Shown piece by piece: positions 22,911-31,335 of a DNA stretch of 32,000 bases. The stretch comes from Trichlorobacter lovleyi SZ (lineage in GTDB: Bacteria; Desulfobacterota; Desulfuromonadia; Geobacterales; Pseudopelobacteraceae). Made by a program: the position numbers and the translations under genes. Position 1 is the first letter of the stretch. Each line of letters opens with the position of its first letter. The stretch covers positions 1,890,001-1,922,000 of the forward strand of contig NC_010814.1 in assembly GCF_000020385.1 (NCBI RefSeq). The letters run 5' to 3'. The notes below the pieces were generated by a model that ran no database searches, was not told the DNA's origin, and saw only the letters and a list, made by a program, of their open reading frames with translations.

Positions 22911-24194
22911 TTAGAAAAAGTAGCGTACCCGCAGTTCAATCCGGGCATCATTCTGCTTTTCGCCGTATTCGCTTCCGGGGGCTCCGAGTACCGCAGTCCC
23001 TTTCAGACGCAGTTCAAGGTTGGTAATGCCGGTGTAGAGCAGCTCCGGTGTGACAGAAAAACTTGCATCCTGCAGGTTGGCAATCGTGGTAAGGGCCGGA
23101 GTGAAGTACAGAATATCAAACGGTTCCTTCTGGCTGACCCTGGCATAGAGATAGTCGCGCATGGGAGCTGTCCGGCCATAGCTTTGAGCCTGTCCCAGCC
23201 GCTGCAACTGAGCGGCATTGCCGTTCTGCTGCCAGGTTGCCCAGGCCAGCTCAACCTGCTGGAAATAGGTGTCCATTTCATCGCTGTAGTAGCCGTTACC
23301 ATTGCGATAGTATTCGGCAATCCAGGTAGTGTCCTGTTCTGTCAGGTACCGCAGCCCCAGCAGCCAGCTGATGCTGTCACCACGGGTCAACGACGGTTGT
23401 CCGTTTGACGTGATGACCGGTCTGGTGCTGTTGACGAGCCAGGCCAGTTCACCATGCAGTTCAAAGTTAGTGGTCAGATTGCGGGAAAAATCAAGGCCGT
23501 AGCCGGCATTGCGGCTGCCCCGTCCCATCATGATCAGGTCGATGTCGGTGTCATACAGCAAAAAGTACAGCTTGCCGCCCCAGTTGATCTGGTTGCCGTT
23601 TCCGAAATCCCGGTTCAGGTCATGGTCCTGCGGCAGCAACAACGGTGTGACTGCCAATGTTTTGAGCGGTCCGTCAAAGCTCTGGATAACATCAGCTGTT
23701 GCCAGCCAGTAGCCTTCCAGGGAGAGTTCCGGGTCATCCGGGTTTTTGGGGCGGTCAAAAAAGGCCACCGGGTTCCAGGCGTAGCCCTTGCCCCAGCGTA
23801 ATGAACGTTTTCCTGCCAGCACCTTAAGCGCGTCGCTAGGCTTAACCTGAAACCAGGCTTCATACCACGATAACTTCAGGTAATTGTTTAAACGTGTATT
23901 GCTATAATCCAGATTTGGCTGAAGAAATAATTTTGCCCAATTTTTTTCAAGGCTGCCTTCCAGCAAGAGCTTGCCATTAAAATCCGTCAGATTGTCATCA
24001 ACATGGCGTCCATAGTAGCGCAACCTGGTCTGGGCAGCATCCTGGTCCAGCAGATTCAGAGCAGGACGGGCCTCGACATAGCCACCCAGATGCCAGATCT
24101 TCTTTTCAATTTCAGCATCTGCAAACGTGAACTCTTCAGCTGGTGCCGGACCAGCAAAGATGAGCAGAGCTGCTATGATGAAAAAACGCAGCAT
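22911..24194 (-). CDS. Predicted outer-membrane beta-barrel protein (family not recognised)
   Basis: Signal peptide MLRFFIIAALLIFAGPAPA. Rich in aromatic/Gly alternating strands. The C-terminus ...ELRVRYFF ends in Phe, typical of BAM substrates. Confidence 0.6.
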   Translation of the reverse strand: MLRFFIIAALLIFAGPAPAEEFTFADAEIEKKIWHLGGYVEARPALNLLDQDAAQTRLRYYGRHVDDNLTDFNGKLLLEGSLEKNWAKLFLQPNLDYSNTRLNNYLKLSWYEAWFQVKPSDALKVLAGKRSLRWGKGYAWNPVAFFDRPKNPDDPELSLEGYWLATADVIQSFDGPLKTLAVTPLLLPQDHDLNRDFGNGNQINWGGKLYFLLYDTDIDLIMMGRGSRNAGYGLDFSRNLTTNFELHGELAWLVNSTRPVITSNGQPSLTRGDSISWLLGLRYLTEQDTTWIAEYYRNGNGYYSDEMDTYFQQVELAWATWQQNGNAAQLQRLGQAQSYGRTAPMRDYLYARVSQKEPFDILYFTPALTTIANLQDASFSVTPELLYTGITNLELRLKGTAVLGAPGSEYGEKQNDARIELRVRYFF

Positions 24195-24920
24195 CTATCT
24201 CAGCGAGTCCAGGGAGGTCATGGCATTCAGGGTGAATACCTCGTCCCTGAAACTGCGCTTTTTCAGTTTGGCATACAGCATGACCGATTTGTACCCCTTG
24301 TAGAGCGGGGAATCGGTTTCCACGGTGGCAGGACGGCTGATGCCGCCAAAATTTTTGATATCCTTGAAGTGGAGCGTCTTGATCAACATGCCGGCTTCAG
24401 TCAGACATTCAATCCGTGATGGCAGTTTTCTGGCTTTGTCGGCGAGAATCCGTACCCGGTCATAGGCCACGCTTTTATTTTTGGCCTTCAGGTGCAGCAG
24501 GTAGTCCTCACCTTTCTCCTCCACCTTTTCCACCCGGTATTCCGCATCGTAATCAAGCTGCAGGATATCGGCGTTGTTGAATACGCCGCCCACCACCGAC
24601 TGCAGTGAGGTGATCCGCACCGGCTTGCCCACATTGGGGATATTCAACCAGAGGTTGTCACCCAGCCGCAGGGTGCTGCGGCCTTTGTCACTGGCAGGAG
24701 CCAGAAACAGCGAGGCCACCTTGTCAGTCCCCTTTTTGATGGTATAGAGCGTAAACTCTTTACGAGTGCCATCCGGTTCGATGTTGATCAGCTTTCGGTA
24801 CGATTCGTAACTTTCAGGATTCAGGTTGCGGTCGATCTGCTTCAGGAGCTGCTGGCCGTCCAGTGCGAAAGCGGGCAGGGCTGATAACAGGGCAATGATG
24901 CAAAAGGCAATAAAACGCAT
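24195..24920 (-). CDS. LolA-like 'outer membrane lipoprotein-sorting' family periplasmic protein
   Basis: Signal peptide MRFIAFCIIALLSALPAFA. The body (QLLKQIDRNLNPESYESYRKLINIEPDGTRKEFTLYTIKKG...) resembles the LolA_like family. Confidence 0.7.
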   Translation of the reverse strand: MRFIAFCIIALLSALPAFALDGQQLLKQIDRNLNPESYESYRKLINIEPDGTRKEFTLYTIKKGTDKVASLFLAPASDKGRSTLRLGDNLWLNIPNVGKPVRITSLQSVVGGVFNNADILQLDYDAEYRVEKVEEKGEDYLLHLKAKNKSVAYDRVRILADKARKLPSRIECLTEAGMLIKTLHFKDIKNFGGISRPATVETDSPLYKGYKSVMLYAKLKKRSFRDEVFTLNAMTSLDSLR

Positions 24921-24929
24921 GGCTGGCTC

Positions 24930-26177
24930 CTATACATGACGCAGTGCGTCGATTGGTTCCATCTTTGAGGCCTTTATGGCCGGCTGCAGGGTTGCCAGCA
25001 CCGAAACAATCACGACAATGACCGAGACCATCAGGATATCGGCCGGCGCAATGGAGGCCTTCAGGATCAGGCCGGTCTGCTGTCCAAAGGAGAAGGTGAT
25101 CTGTGACAGATTGACGATCCCGATGATGATGATGCCGATCAGATTTCCCAGTACTGCGCCGAACAGCCCCAGACAGAGACCTTCCACCAGGAACAGGGAG
25201 CGGATGGTTGCGGGCGGTGTGCCGATGGCGGCAATGGTACCGATCTCGCGAATCCGCTCAAAGACCGCCATGATCATGACATTCATGATGCTGACCAGTA
25301 CGATCGCAATCAACATCACCTTGATGAAGACGGTCATCAGATTCAACATCTTGGCAACCTTGGCAAAGGGGGAAAGGTCTTCCCAGCTGTGCAGCTCAAA
25401 CAGCGGCTTGCCCATCGGATTCTTCTCTGCCGCCACCACCTGGCGCAAGCTCTTTGCAACCTTGTTCAGTGCGCTGAACTTCTTCAGCCTGACTGCCACT
25501 TCACTGATCTCTGGTTGTTCCATGCGCAGCAGTTCGATGGCATCATCAAAATGAACATAGCCGTCGCGACCGCCCGGGCCGGTGGCACTTTCCAGGATGC
25601 CGCTGATCCGGAACTGTTTGCCGTTGACCGAGCCGTTCTGGTTGGTGGCCACAATCACCACGGTATCGCCGACTTTGACGTTCATGCCGCGTGCCAGCAG
25701 CTCCGGTACCAGAATATCCCCTTTTTTGAGCGATTTTTCTCCGCTGATGATCCGGTCCGGCAAAAGCGGGACCGTTGCGAACTCTTTCTGCGGATCAATA
25801 CCGTTCAGGCGGATATTGGTGGTTTCCATGAAGTTGCTGAACATGCCGCCGAACTTGATCCGGGGGGAATAGGCGGCAACCCCTTGTTCCTGCTTGAGCA
25901 GTTTTTCCAGTTTGTCAAAGCCGGCCTGTTTCATGTTCATGTTGAGCGGCAGGCTCTCAATGGCCGCCACATAGCCTTTGCGGTGAATCTGCAGGTGCCC
26001 CAGCATGGAGTCGGTGATCTGGCTGATCATCATCTGCTTGAATGAGCCGGCAATCGAGGTGAAAACCAGTACAAAGATCACCCCCAGGGTCACCAGGGTA
26101 GCGGTCAGGGCGGTGCGGCGCTTGTAGCGCAACAGGTTGCGCAATGCAATCTTGAAGACACTAGTCATGGCTGCCAT
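24930..26177 (-). CDS. MacB/FtsX-type ABC transporter permease
   Basis: N-terminus FKIALRNLLRYKRRTALT, a large periplasmic loop, then three C-terminal TM helices ending in the typical ...KASKMEPIDALRHV. An alternative start is ATG 26168. Confidence 0.85.
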   Translation of the reverse strand: MAAMTSVFKIALRNLLRYKRRTALTATLVTLGVIFVLVFTSIAGSFKQMMISQITDSMLGHLQIHRKGYVAAIESLPLNMNMKQAGFDKLEKLLKQEQGVAAYSPRIKFGGMFSNFMETTNIRLNGIDPQKEFATVPLLPDRIISGEKSLKKGDILVPELLARGMNVKVGDTVVIVATNQNGSVNGKQFRISGILESATGPGGRDGYVHFDDAIELLRMEQPEISEVAVRLKKFSALNKVAKSLRQVVAAEKNPMGKPLFELHSWEDLSPFAKVAKMLNLMTVFIKVMLIAIVLVSIMNVMIMAVFERIREIGTIAAIGTPPATIRSLFLVEGLCLGLFGAVLGNLIGIIIIGIVNLSQITFSFGQQTGLILKASIAPADILMVSVIVVIVSVLATLQPAIKASKMEPIDALRHV

Positions 26178-26865
26178 CCCCCTTCTGCTCGCTTTCTTTC
26201 AACAGGCCATCCTCCAGATGATGAATCACCTCAGCCTCGCCAACAATGCGGGGATCATGGGTGGAAAAGACAAAGGTGGTGCCAAACTGGTCACGCATCT
26301 GCTTCATCAGGTTGATCACCATAAAGGCGGTGGCGTGGTCAAGATTGGCGGTCGGTTCATCTGCCAGCACCAGCTTGGGATTGGTTACCAGGGCCCGCGC
26401 CACGGCTACCCGCTGTTTCTGACCACCGGAAATCTGGTCGGGATGTTTCAGGGCCTGGTCAGTCATCCCGACTGCCTCCAGAAGCGCCATGACACGTTTA
26501 CGGCGCTCTGTCTCTGCAGTCCGCTGGATCATCAAGAGCGGATATTCAATGTTTTCATAGACTGATAAGACCGGCAACAGGTTGAAATCCTGAAAGATGA
26601 AACCGATCTCGCTGCCTCTGAAGGCCGCGCCGCTGGTGCGGTTCAGTGTGGCAACATCGGTACCGGCAACAGTCAGACTGCCTGCGGTGGGGGCATCCAG
26701 GCAGCCGATCAGGTTCAGCAGGGTGGTCTTGCCACTTCCTGATGGTCCTACAAAAGAGACAAAAGAACCGGCACCGATCTGAAAGCTGACACCTTTCAGT
26801 GCCTCAACTTCCGTTTCGCCGCTGCGATAGAGCTTACGCACCTGTTCCGCTATGACCAGTGACAT
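26161..26865 (-). CDS. ABC transporter ATP-binding protein (MacB/LolD-like)
   Basis: Walker A GPSGSGKTT, signature ISGGQKQRVAVARA, Walker B LVLADEPT. ATG 26865 (MSLVIAEQV...) is preferred over the track start at 26943. Confidence 0.9.
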   Translation of the reverse strand: MSLVIAEQVRKLYRSGETEVEALKGVSFQIGAGSFVSFVGPSGSGKTTLLNLIGCLDAPTAGSLTVAGTDVATLNRTSGAAFRGSEIGFIFQDFNLLPVLSVYENIEYPLLMIQRTAETERRKRVMALLEAVGMTDQALKHPDQISGGQKQRVAVARALVTNPKLVLADEPTANLDHATAFMVINLMKQMRDQFGTTFVFSTHDPRIVGEAEVIHHLEDGLLKESEQKGDGSHD

Positions 26866-26969
26866 AGGGGGAGTTCCTTTCAATCTGTCTAATGGTGATG
26901 GTGGAGCTGTATAACAGACTACCGTGAATATGCTGTGACGCAATTATGAAGAATTGTGAAGATGAAATG

Positions 26970-27008
26970 CACAAAACAGCCGCTCCCTGATTCCGGGAAC
27001 GGCTGTTT
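26970..27008 (-). terminator. Candidate intrinsic terminator after the cytochrome gene
   Basis: The minus-strand RNA reads AAACAGCCGUUCCC / GGAAUCA / GGGAGCGGCUGUUU, giving 14 bp with one G-U pair. It runs into UUUUGUG. Confidence 0.6.
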
Positions 27009-27032
27009 GAACTGCATTACTACGCTCGATGT

Positions 27033-28217
27033 TTATTCGTAGTAGTTTGGTGGGGCCATATCGCCGGCGCCGGCACCGCCCTTACGCGGGTTCTTCGGGA
27101 AGGTGTGGGAGCGGACGAACAGGTTGCCGGCGGTCTGACCGGTGTTGGGCATGTATTTCTCAACGGTTACTGATTTGTCATGGCACTTGATGCAGGCATC
27201 CTTCTGTACCTTTTTGATCTTTCCTTTACCGGCATGGGGGGAGTGACAGGTGATGCAGGAAACCGTGCCGCTCTGGTAGTGCTTGGACTGCAGGAAGCCT
27301 TGATACTGCTGGTGGTGCTTGGCTTCTTCATAGATACCATTGGCCTTGGCATGGTCGTCAAGTTTGAACAGTCCCTTCAGGTCGCCGGCATACTCTTTGT
27401 TGGCGGGCTGATCGGCATGCACACCGGGAATGATGGCCTGTTGGGGATACCAGGTGGTCCAGTCGTCGCCGGCCTTGTAGCTGTCTCCAACCTTGGGTGC
27501 CGGCAGGTCTTCACGGGGCTTGCCCTGGGCGGTCATGAACTTCTCGTTTTCGACGCGAATGTGACAGTAGCCGCAGACCTTGGACTGGGCCTTGATGTCG
27601 GCATTTGCCGGGTTGAAGATGGTCTTCTTCCTGTCCTTACCCTTGGCGGCGATATGCTTGGCGCCAGGACCGTGGCAGGCCTCGCAACCGACGTTCATCT
27701 CGCTGTAGCTATCCTTGACCGTCCGGCCATGCTTGCCGAATTTTTCGTCATACTCCATAATCCGGTAGCCGGTGGTGTGGCAGGTGCCGCAGTTGGTGTT
27801 CCAGTCATTGGCGTTGCCATAGTTTTCCCACTTGCCGGTGTAGCGGTTGAACTGCTTGTTCAGGAACTGCAGTCCGCCGGTCTGCTCGTTTTTAACCAGA
27901 TAGCGCTGTTTCCAGCGTGAACCGACGACATACTGGACATCATCAAGGCTGAACTTGCTCTTGGTTACGTTACTGGTGGTGGGGCCTTCATTGGTGCCGT
28001 CAGTTGCCCAGCGTTCCACGGCTTCCTTCAGAATTGCCTCTTTTTTGGGACGTACCATCTTGCTGTGGTAGGTCTCTTTCCAGCTCTTGTACTCGACAGC
28101 ATGGCATTTCTTACACGTATCGGAGCCGACAAACTCCTTTTTGGGGTCAGCGGCAAACGCCTGTGCCGCCAGCAGGGTTACGCAGCCTGCCAACATCAGT
28201 GTCATCATCTTCTTCAT
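27033..28217 (-). CDS. Periplasmic hexahaem c-type cytochrome
   Basis: Six CXXCH motifs: CKKCH, CGTCH, CEACH, CGYCH, CITCH, CIKCH. Signal peptide MKKMMTLMLAGCVTLLAAQAFA. GGAGG lies 5 nt before ATG 28217; the track's GTG 28232 start would contain the SD. Confidence 0.85.
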   Translation of the reverse strand: MKKMMTLMLAGCVTLLAAQAFAADPKKEFVGSDTCKKCHAVEYKSWKETYHSKMVRPKKEAILKEAVERWATDGTNEGPTTSNVTKSKFSLDDVQYVVGSRWKQRYLVKNEQTGGLQFLNKQFNRYTGKWENYGNANDWNTNCGTCHTTGYRIMEYDEKFGKHGRTVKDSYSEMNVGCEACHGPGAKHIAAKGKDRKKTIFNPANADIKAQSKVCGYCHIRVENEKFMTAQGKPREDLPAPKVGDSYKAGDDWTTWYPQQAIIPGVHADQPANKEYAGDLKGLFKLDDHAKANGIYEEAKHHQQYQGFLQSKHYQSGTVSCITCHSPHAGKGKIKKVQKDACIKCHDKSVTVEKYMPNTGQTAGNLFVRSHTFPKNPRKGGAGAGDMAPPNYYE

Positions 28218-28307
28218 AGTGTCCTCCTTCACCTGATCAAGGTTCCCCGGAACGCTGAAAAATCGTTAACTACTGTGTAACAAGTTGCTTCGAAAAGGAC
28301 AACTGAC

Positions 28308-28335
28308 GCTTTTCTGACAAGTTTGTCAGAAAAGC
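28308..28335. repeat. 28-bp palindrome GCTTTTCTGACAA-GT-TTGTCAGAAAAGC
   Basis: Two perfect 13-bp arms with a 2-nt centre. It sits in the 137-nt gap between the fetB-like stop (28354) and the cytochrome start (28217). Confidence 0.6.
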
Positions 28336-28353
28336 AGACGGTGAAAAAGATCC

Positions 28354-29151
28354 TCAAGAAAGGGGATTATGCTGTCGCAACTGGTCAGCAGGAGTGAAAT
28401 AACTGCGGTAACCCTGCAGCAGGATCAGGAAGGCGGTGATGGCCACGCTGGCGGTAATAGCGCACATGATGGCGATCTGGTAGCGCACGGCCAGCATCGG
28501 TTCGGTGCCGGACAGGATCTGGCCGGTCATCATGCCGGGCAGGGCCACAATGCCGGTGGCAGCCATGGTGTTCATGGTGGGGATCAGGGCGGCCCGGTAG
28601 GCGGTACGCAGGGCCGGTTCCGCTGCCTGTCGGGCGGTGGCACCAAGGCAGAGCGCCGTCTCCAGCTCGTCATGGCGTTCCCGCATCTCGGCAGTCAACC
28701 GTTCTGCTGCCAGACTGGCGCCATTCATGGAGTTGCCGATGATCATACCGGCCAGGGGGATCAGGTAGCGCGGGTCATACCAGGGAGAATAGCCCACCAC
28801 CAGCAGACAGAAGTAAAAGGTGACTCCGCCGCAACCGATGATGATGGAGCTGCCCATGATCCGGTAAAAATGGGGCATATGCTGCCTGATACGGGAACCG
28901 ATCACCTGCAGCGAGAAGCCGGTCATGGTCAGCAGGATCAGGATCACCAGCAGCGGCGAACGGACCGTAAAGACAAGCTGTAACAGGTAGCCGACAGCCA
29001 GCAGCTGCACCACCATCCGCAGCGAGGCCCAGAGCATCTGTTGCTCCTGACCGATCTGCCTGAAGCGGGCCAGGCTGACCGAGAGCAGAATCAGGGCGTA
29101 GGCATAGACCAGTTGCAGCAGATCAAGATGTATCAGGGAGTTCTTTGTCAT
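28354..29151 (-). CDS. fetB: UPF0014/YbbM-type permease (FetB-like putative iron exporter)
   Basis: 265 aa, polytopic. The sequence resembles the YbbM/FetB family, and it is paired with a YbbL-like ATPase 3 nt upstream. Confidence 0.7.
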   Translation of the reverse strand: MTKNSLIHLDLLQLVYAYALILLSVSLARFRQIGQEQQMLWASLRMVVQLLAVGYLLQLVFTVRSPLLVILILLTMTGFSLQVIGSRIRQHMPHFYRIMGSSIIIGCGGVTFYFCLLVVGYSPWYDPRYLIPLAGMIIGNSMNGASLAAERLTAEMRERHDELETALCLGATARQAAEPALRTAYRAALIPTMNTMAATGIVALPGMMTGQILSGTEPMLAVRYQIAIMCAITASVAITAFLILLQGYRSYFTPADQLRQHNPLS

Positions 29152-29154
29152 AGG

Positions 29155-29934
29155 TTACTGCTCCTCTGCCGGTTCAGCGAGGAATCCTTGCAGTGCTTTA
29201 CTCTGCGGGGAGTGAAACAATTCTGCCGTTCTGCCCGCCTCCACAATCCGTCCGGCCTCAAGATAGATGGTCTGGTCGCTGATCCTCCGCGCCAGGCGCA
29301 GATCGTGGGTGACCATGATTACGGCCAGCCTCTCGGAACGGCAGATTTCCAGCAGGGTCTGGCCCAGGCTGTCGGTGGTGGGGCGGTCAAGGGCGCTGGT
29401 CGGTTCATCCAGCAGCAGCACCTCCGGCCGGTTGATCAGGGCCCGGGCCAGGTTGACCCGCTGTTGTTCGCCACCGGAAAGGGTACGGGCATCCCGTTGC
29501 AGGTAGTCGGGTGAAAGGCGGGCCAGGCTGAGGCACTGCAGCAGGTGCGGGTCATCAGCCCCGGGCAGCGCCGTTTTGCGATACCGGAACGGCTGCTGCA
29601 GGTTGTCGAGTACGCTGCCCTGAAACATATGGGCCTTTTGCAGCATCATGCCGACCCGTTGTCGCAACAGGGGTGGGGGGATCTCGTTGATATCCGTCCC
29701 GGCCAGCAGGATACGGCCCTGCTGCGGTTCTTCCAGCCGGTTGATCAGGCGGATCAAAGAGCTTTTGCCGCCCCCCGATGGTCCGATCAGCGCAGTCAGT
29801 GCAGCTGCCTGACATGAGCAGGTAATGCCGGTCAGAAACGGCGTGATCTGGCCCTGCGGTCCCTTTCTGGCCGTTGCAATCTGTTCAAGCTGCAGTAATG
29901 GTACGGATGCGGGTTCTGGAGGGAGAGCGCTCAT
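29155..29934 (-). CDS. fetA: ABC ATPase, YbbL/FetA-like
   Basis: Walker A GPSGGGKSS, signature LSGGEQQRVNLARA, Walker B LLLDEPTSALD. Partner of the UPF0014 permease. Confidence 0.75.
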   Translation of the reverse strand: MSALPPEPASVPLLQLEQIATARKGPQGQITPFLTGITCSCQAAALTALIGPSGGGKSSLIRLINRLEEPQQGRILLAGTDINEIPPPLLRQRVGMMLQKAHMFQGSVLDNLQQPFRYRKTALPGADDPHLLQCLSLARLSPDYLQRDARTLSGGEQQRVNLARALINRPEVLLLDEPTSALDRPTTDSLGQTLLEICRSERLAVIMVTHDLRLARRISDQTIYLEAGRIVEAGRTAELFHSPQSKALQGFLAEPAEEQ

Positions 29935-29967
29935 GGTGGTGTTATACCATGATGATCAGCAGCGGAA

Positions 29968-31335
29968 TCAACTGTCTTGTTTTGCTGAGGGGAAAATAAC
30001 CCGGAACAGGGCGCCGCCGCCAGGATTATCAAGGATGGTGACCAGGCCGCCATGGGCTTCGACAGCGGCCTTGGTGATGGAGAGCCCCAGGCCGGTGCCC
30101 CCCATTTCACGGGATCTGCCGTTATCGAGGCGGTAAAAGCGGCCAAAGATCCGTTCCTTTTCGGCGTCAGGAATACCTGGGCCGTTATCGGCCACGTCCA
30201 CCACGGTGTTGTCATGGCTGTCACGGTACAGGGCAACCTGAATGGTGGTCTGCTCCGGAGAGTACTTGATGGCGTTATCCACCAGATTCAGGAAGGCGCG
30301 TCTGAGCATGCAACGGTCGGCAGGGATCGTGAAGTCCGTACGCCGTTCAAACAGGATCTGCTGCTGCTTCTCCTCAGCCAGTACCGAGAGGAATTCAACC
30401 ACATCTGCCAGCAGTTCGCCGATTTCTGCCGGTTCTTTTTGTAGGGTAGAACCGTCGGCGCGGCTTAACAGCAGCAGCGATTCAATGGTCTGCACCAGCC
30501 GGTCGGTCTCTTCCAGCATGCTGCCGATGGTCTCGCGGCATGCCGGGTCGCCAGACTGTTGCTGCAGGGCGGTCTCGCCAATACTGCGTATGGCGGTCAG
30601 TGGCGTGCGTAGCTCATGTGAGGCATCACTGGTAAAGCGTCGCATTTGCTCAAATGAACCTTCCAGTCGGCTGAAGGTCTGATTGAAAATCGTTGCCAAT
30701 TGACTGAATTCATTGCTGTCGGTGCTGACCGGAAGGCGTGCCGAGAGGTTTTCAGCGCTGATTTCCTGTGCCTTTGAGGTGATCGCTGTCACCGGTGCCA
30801 GTACCCGTCCTGCAATCAGATAACCGACCGCCAGGGAGAGGATAATTGAGACCGGCATGATCAACAGGATAATCAGTGCCAGGGTGTTCAGGGTGCGGCG
30901 GTAGCTGCTCTTTTCATGGGCTACCACGATCTGGTAGAGATGCTCACCCCGGGTGACCAGCTGGCTTTGAATCCGGTACAACTGTTTTTCCTGATTGCTG
31001 ATTGTAAGCGGTGTTGGGGCCGGGTTACCGTCACTCAATACGGCGTCAAGCCCTGCCTTCTGCCACTCCAGTGATATTGCCAGAGGCCGATTGCCATCCC
31101 GCACCCTGAAGAGATGTACCGGTCCCATCACGGCAAGTTTCTGGAGTCCGTTCGGGTCCTGATGTAGATAGCCGGTCAGGGTCAGCAGATCTTTACGCAG
31201 GTGGTTGTTGATCTGCCCGATCAGCATCTGCTGGACGAAAAAGTAGATGCCGCTTGAGAACAGCAGCACCGTTGCAATCAGGGCAGCGCCATACAAGAAG
31301 GTAAAGCGGAGGCGAATGTTACTGAGCCGCGGCAT
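29968..31335 (-). CDS. Sensor histidine kinase, heavy-metal (CusS-like) architecture
   Basis: Two TM helices flank a periplasmic domain. HAMP domain, H-box SHELRTPLTAI, N/G boxes DNAIKYSP and GTGLGLSI. The start could be ATG 31335, 31341 or 31371; MPRLSNIRLRFTF fits the family N-terminus. Overlaps the regulator gene. Confidence 0.85.
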   Translation of the reverse strand: MPRLSNIRLRFTFLYGAALIATVLLFSSGIYFFVQQMLIGQINNHLRKDLLTLTGYLHQDPNGLQKLAVMGPVHLFRVRDGNRPLAISLEWQKAGLDAVLSDGNPAPTPLTISNQEKQLYRIQSQLVTRGEHLYQIVVAHEKSSYRRTLNTLALIILLIMPVSIILSLAVGYLIAGRVLAPVTAITSKAQEISAENLSARLPVSTDSNEFSQLATIFNQTFSRLEGSFEQMRRFTSDASHELRTPLTAIRSIGETALQQQSGDPACRETIGSMLEETDRLVQTIESLLLLSRADGSTLQKEPAEIGELLADVVEFLSVLAEEKQQQILFERRTDFTIPADRCMLRRAFLNLVDNAIKYSPEQTTIQVALYRDSHDNTVVDVADNGPGIPDAEKERIFGRFYRLDNGRSREMGGTGLGLSITKAAVEAHGGLVTILDNPGGGALFRVIFPSAKQDS

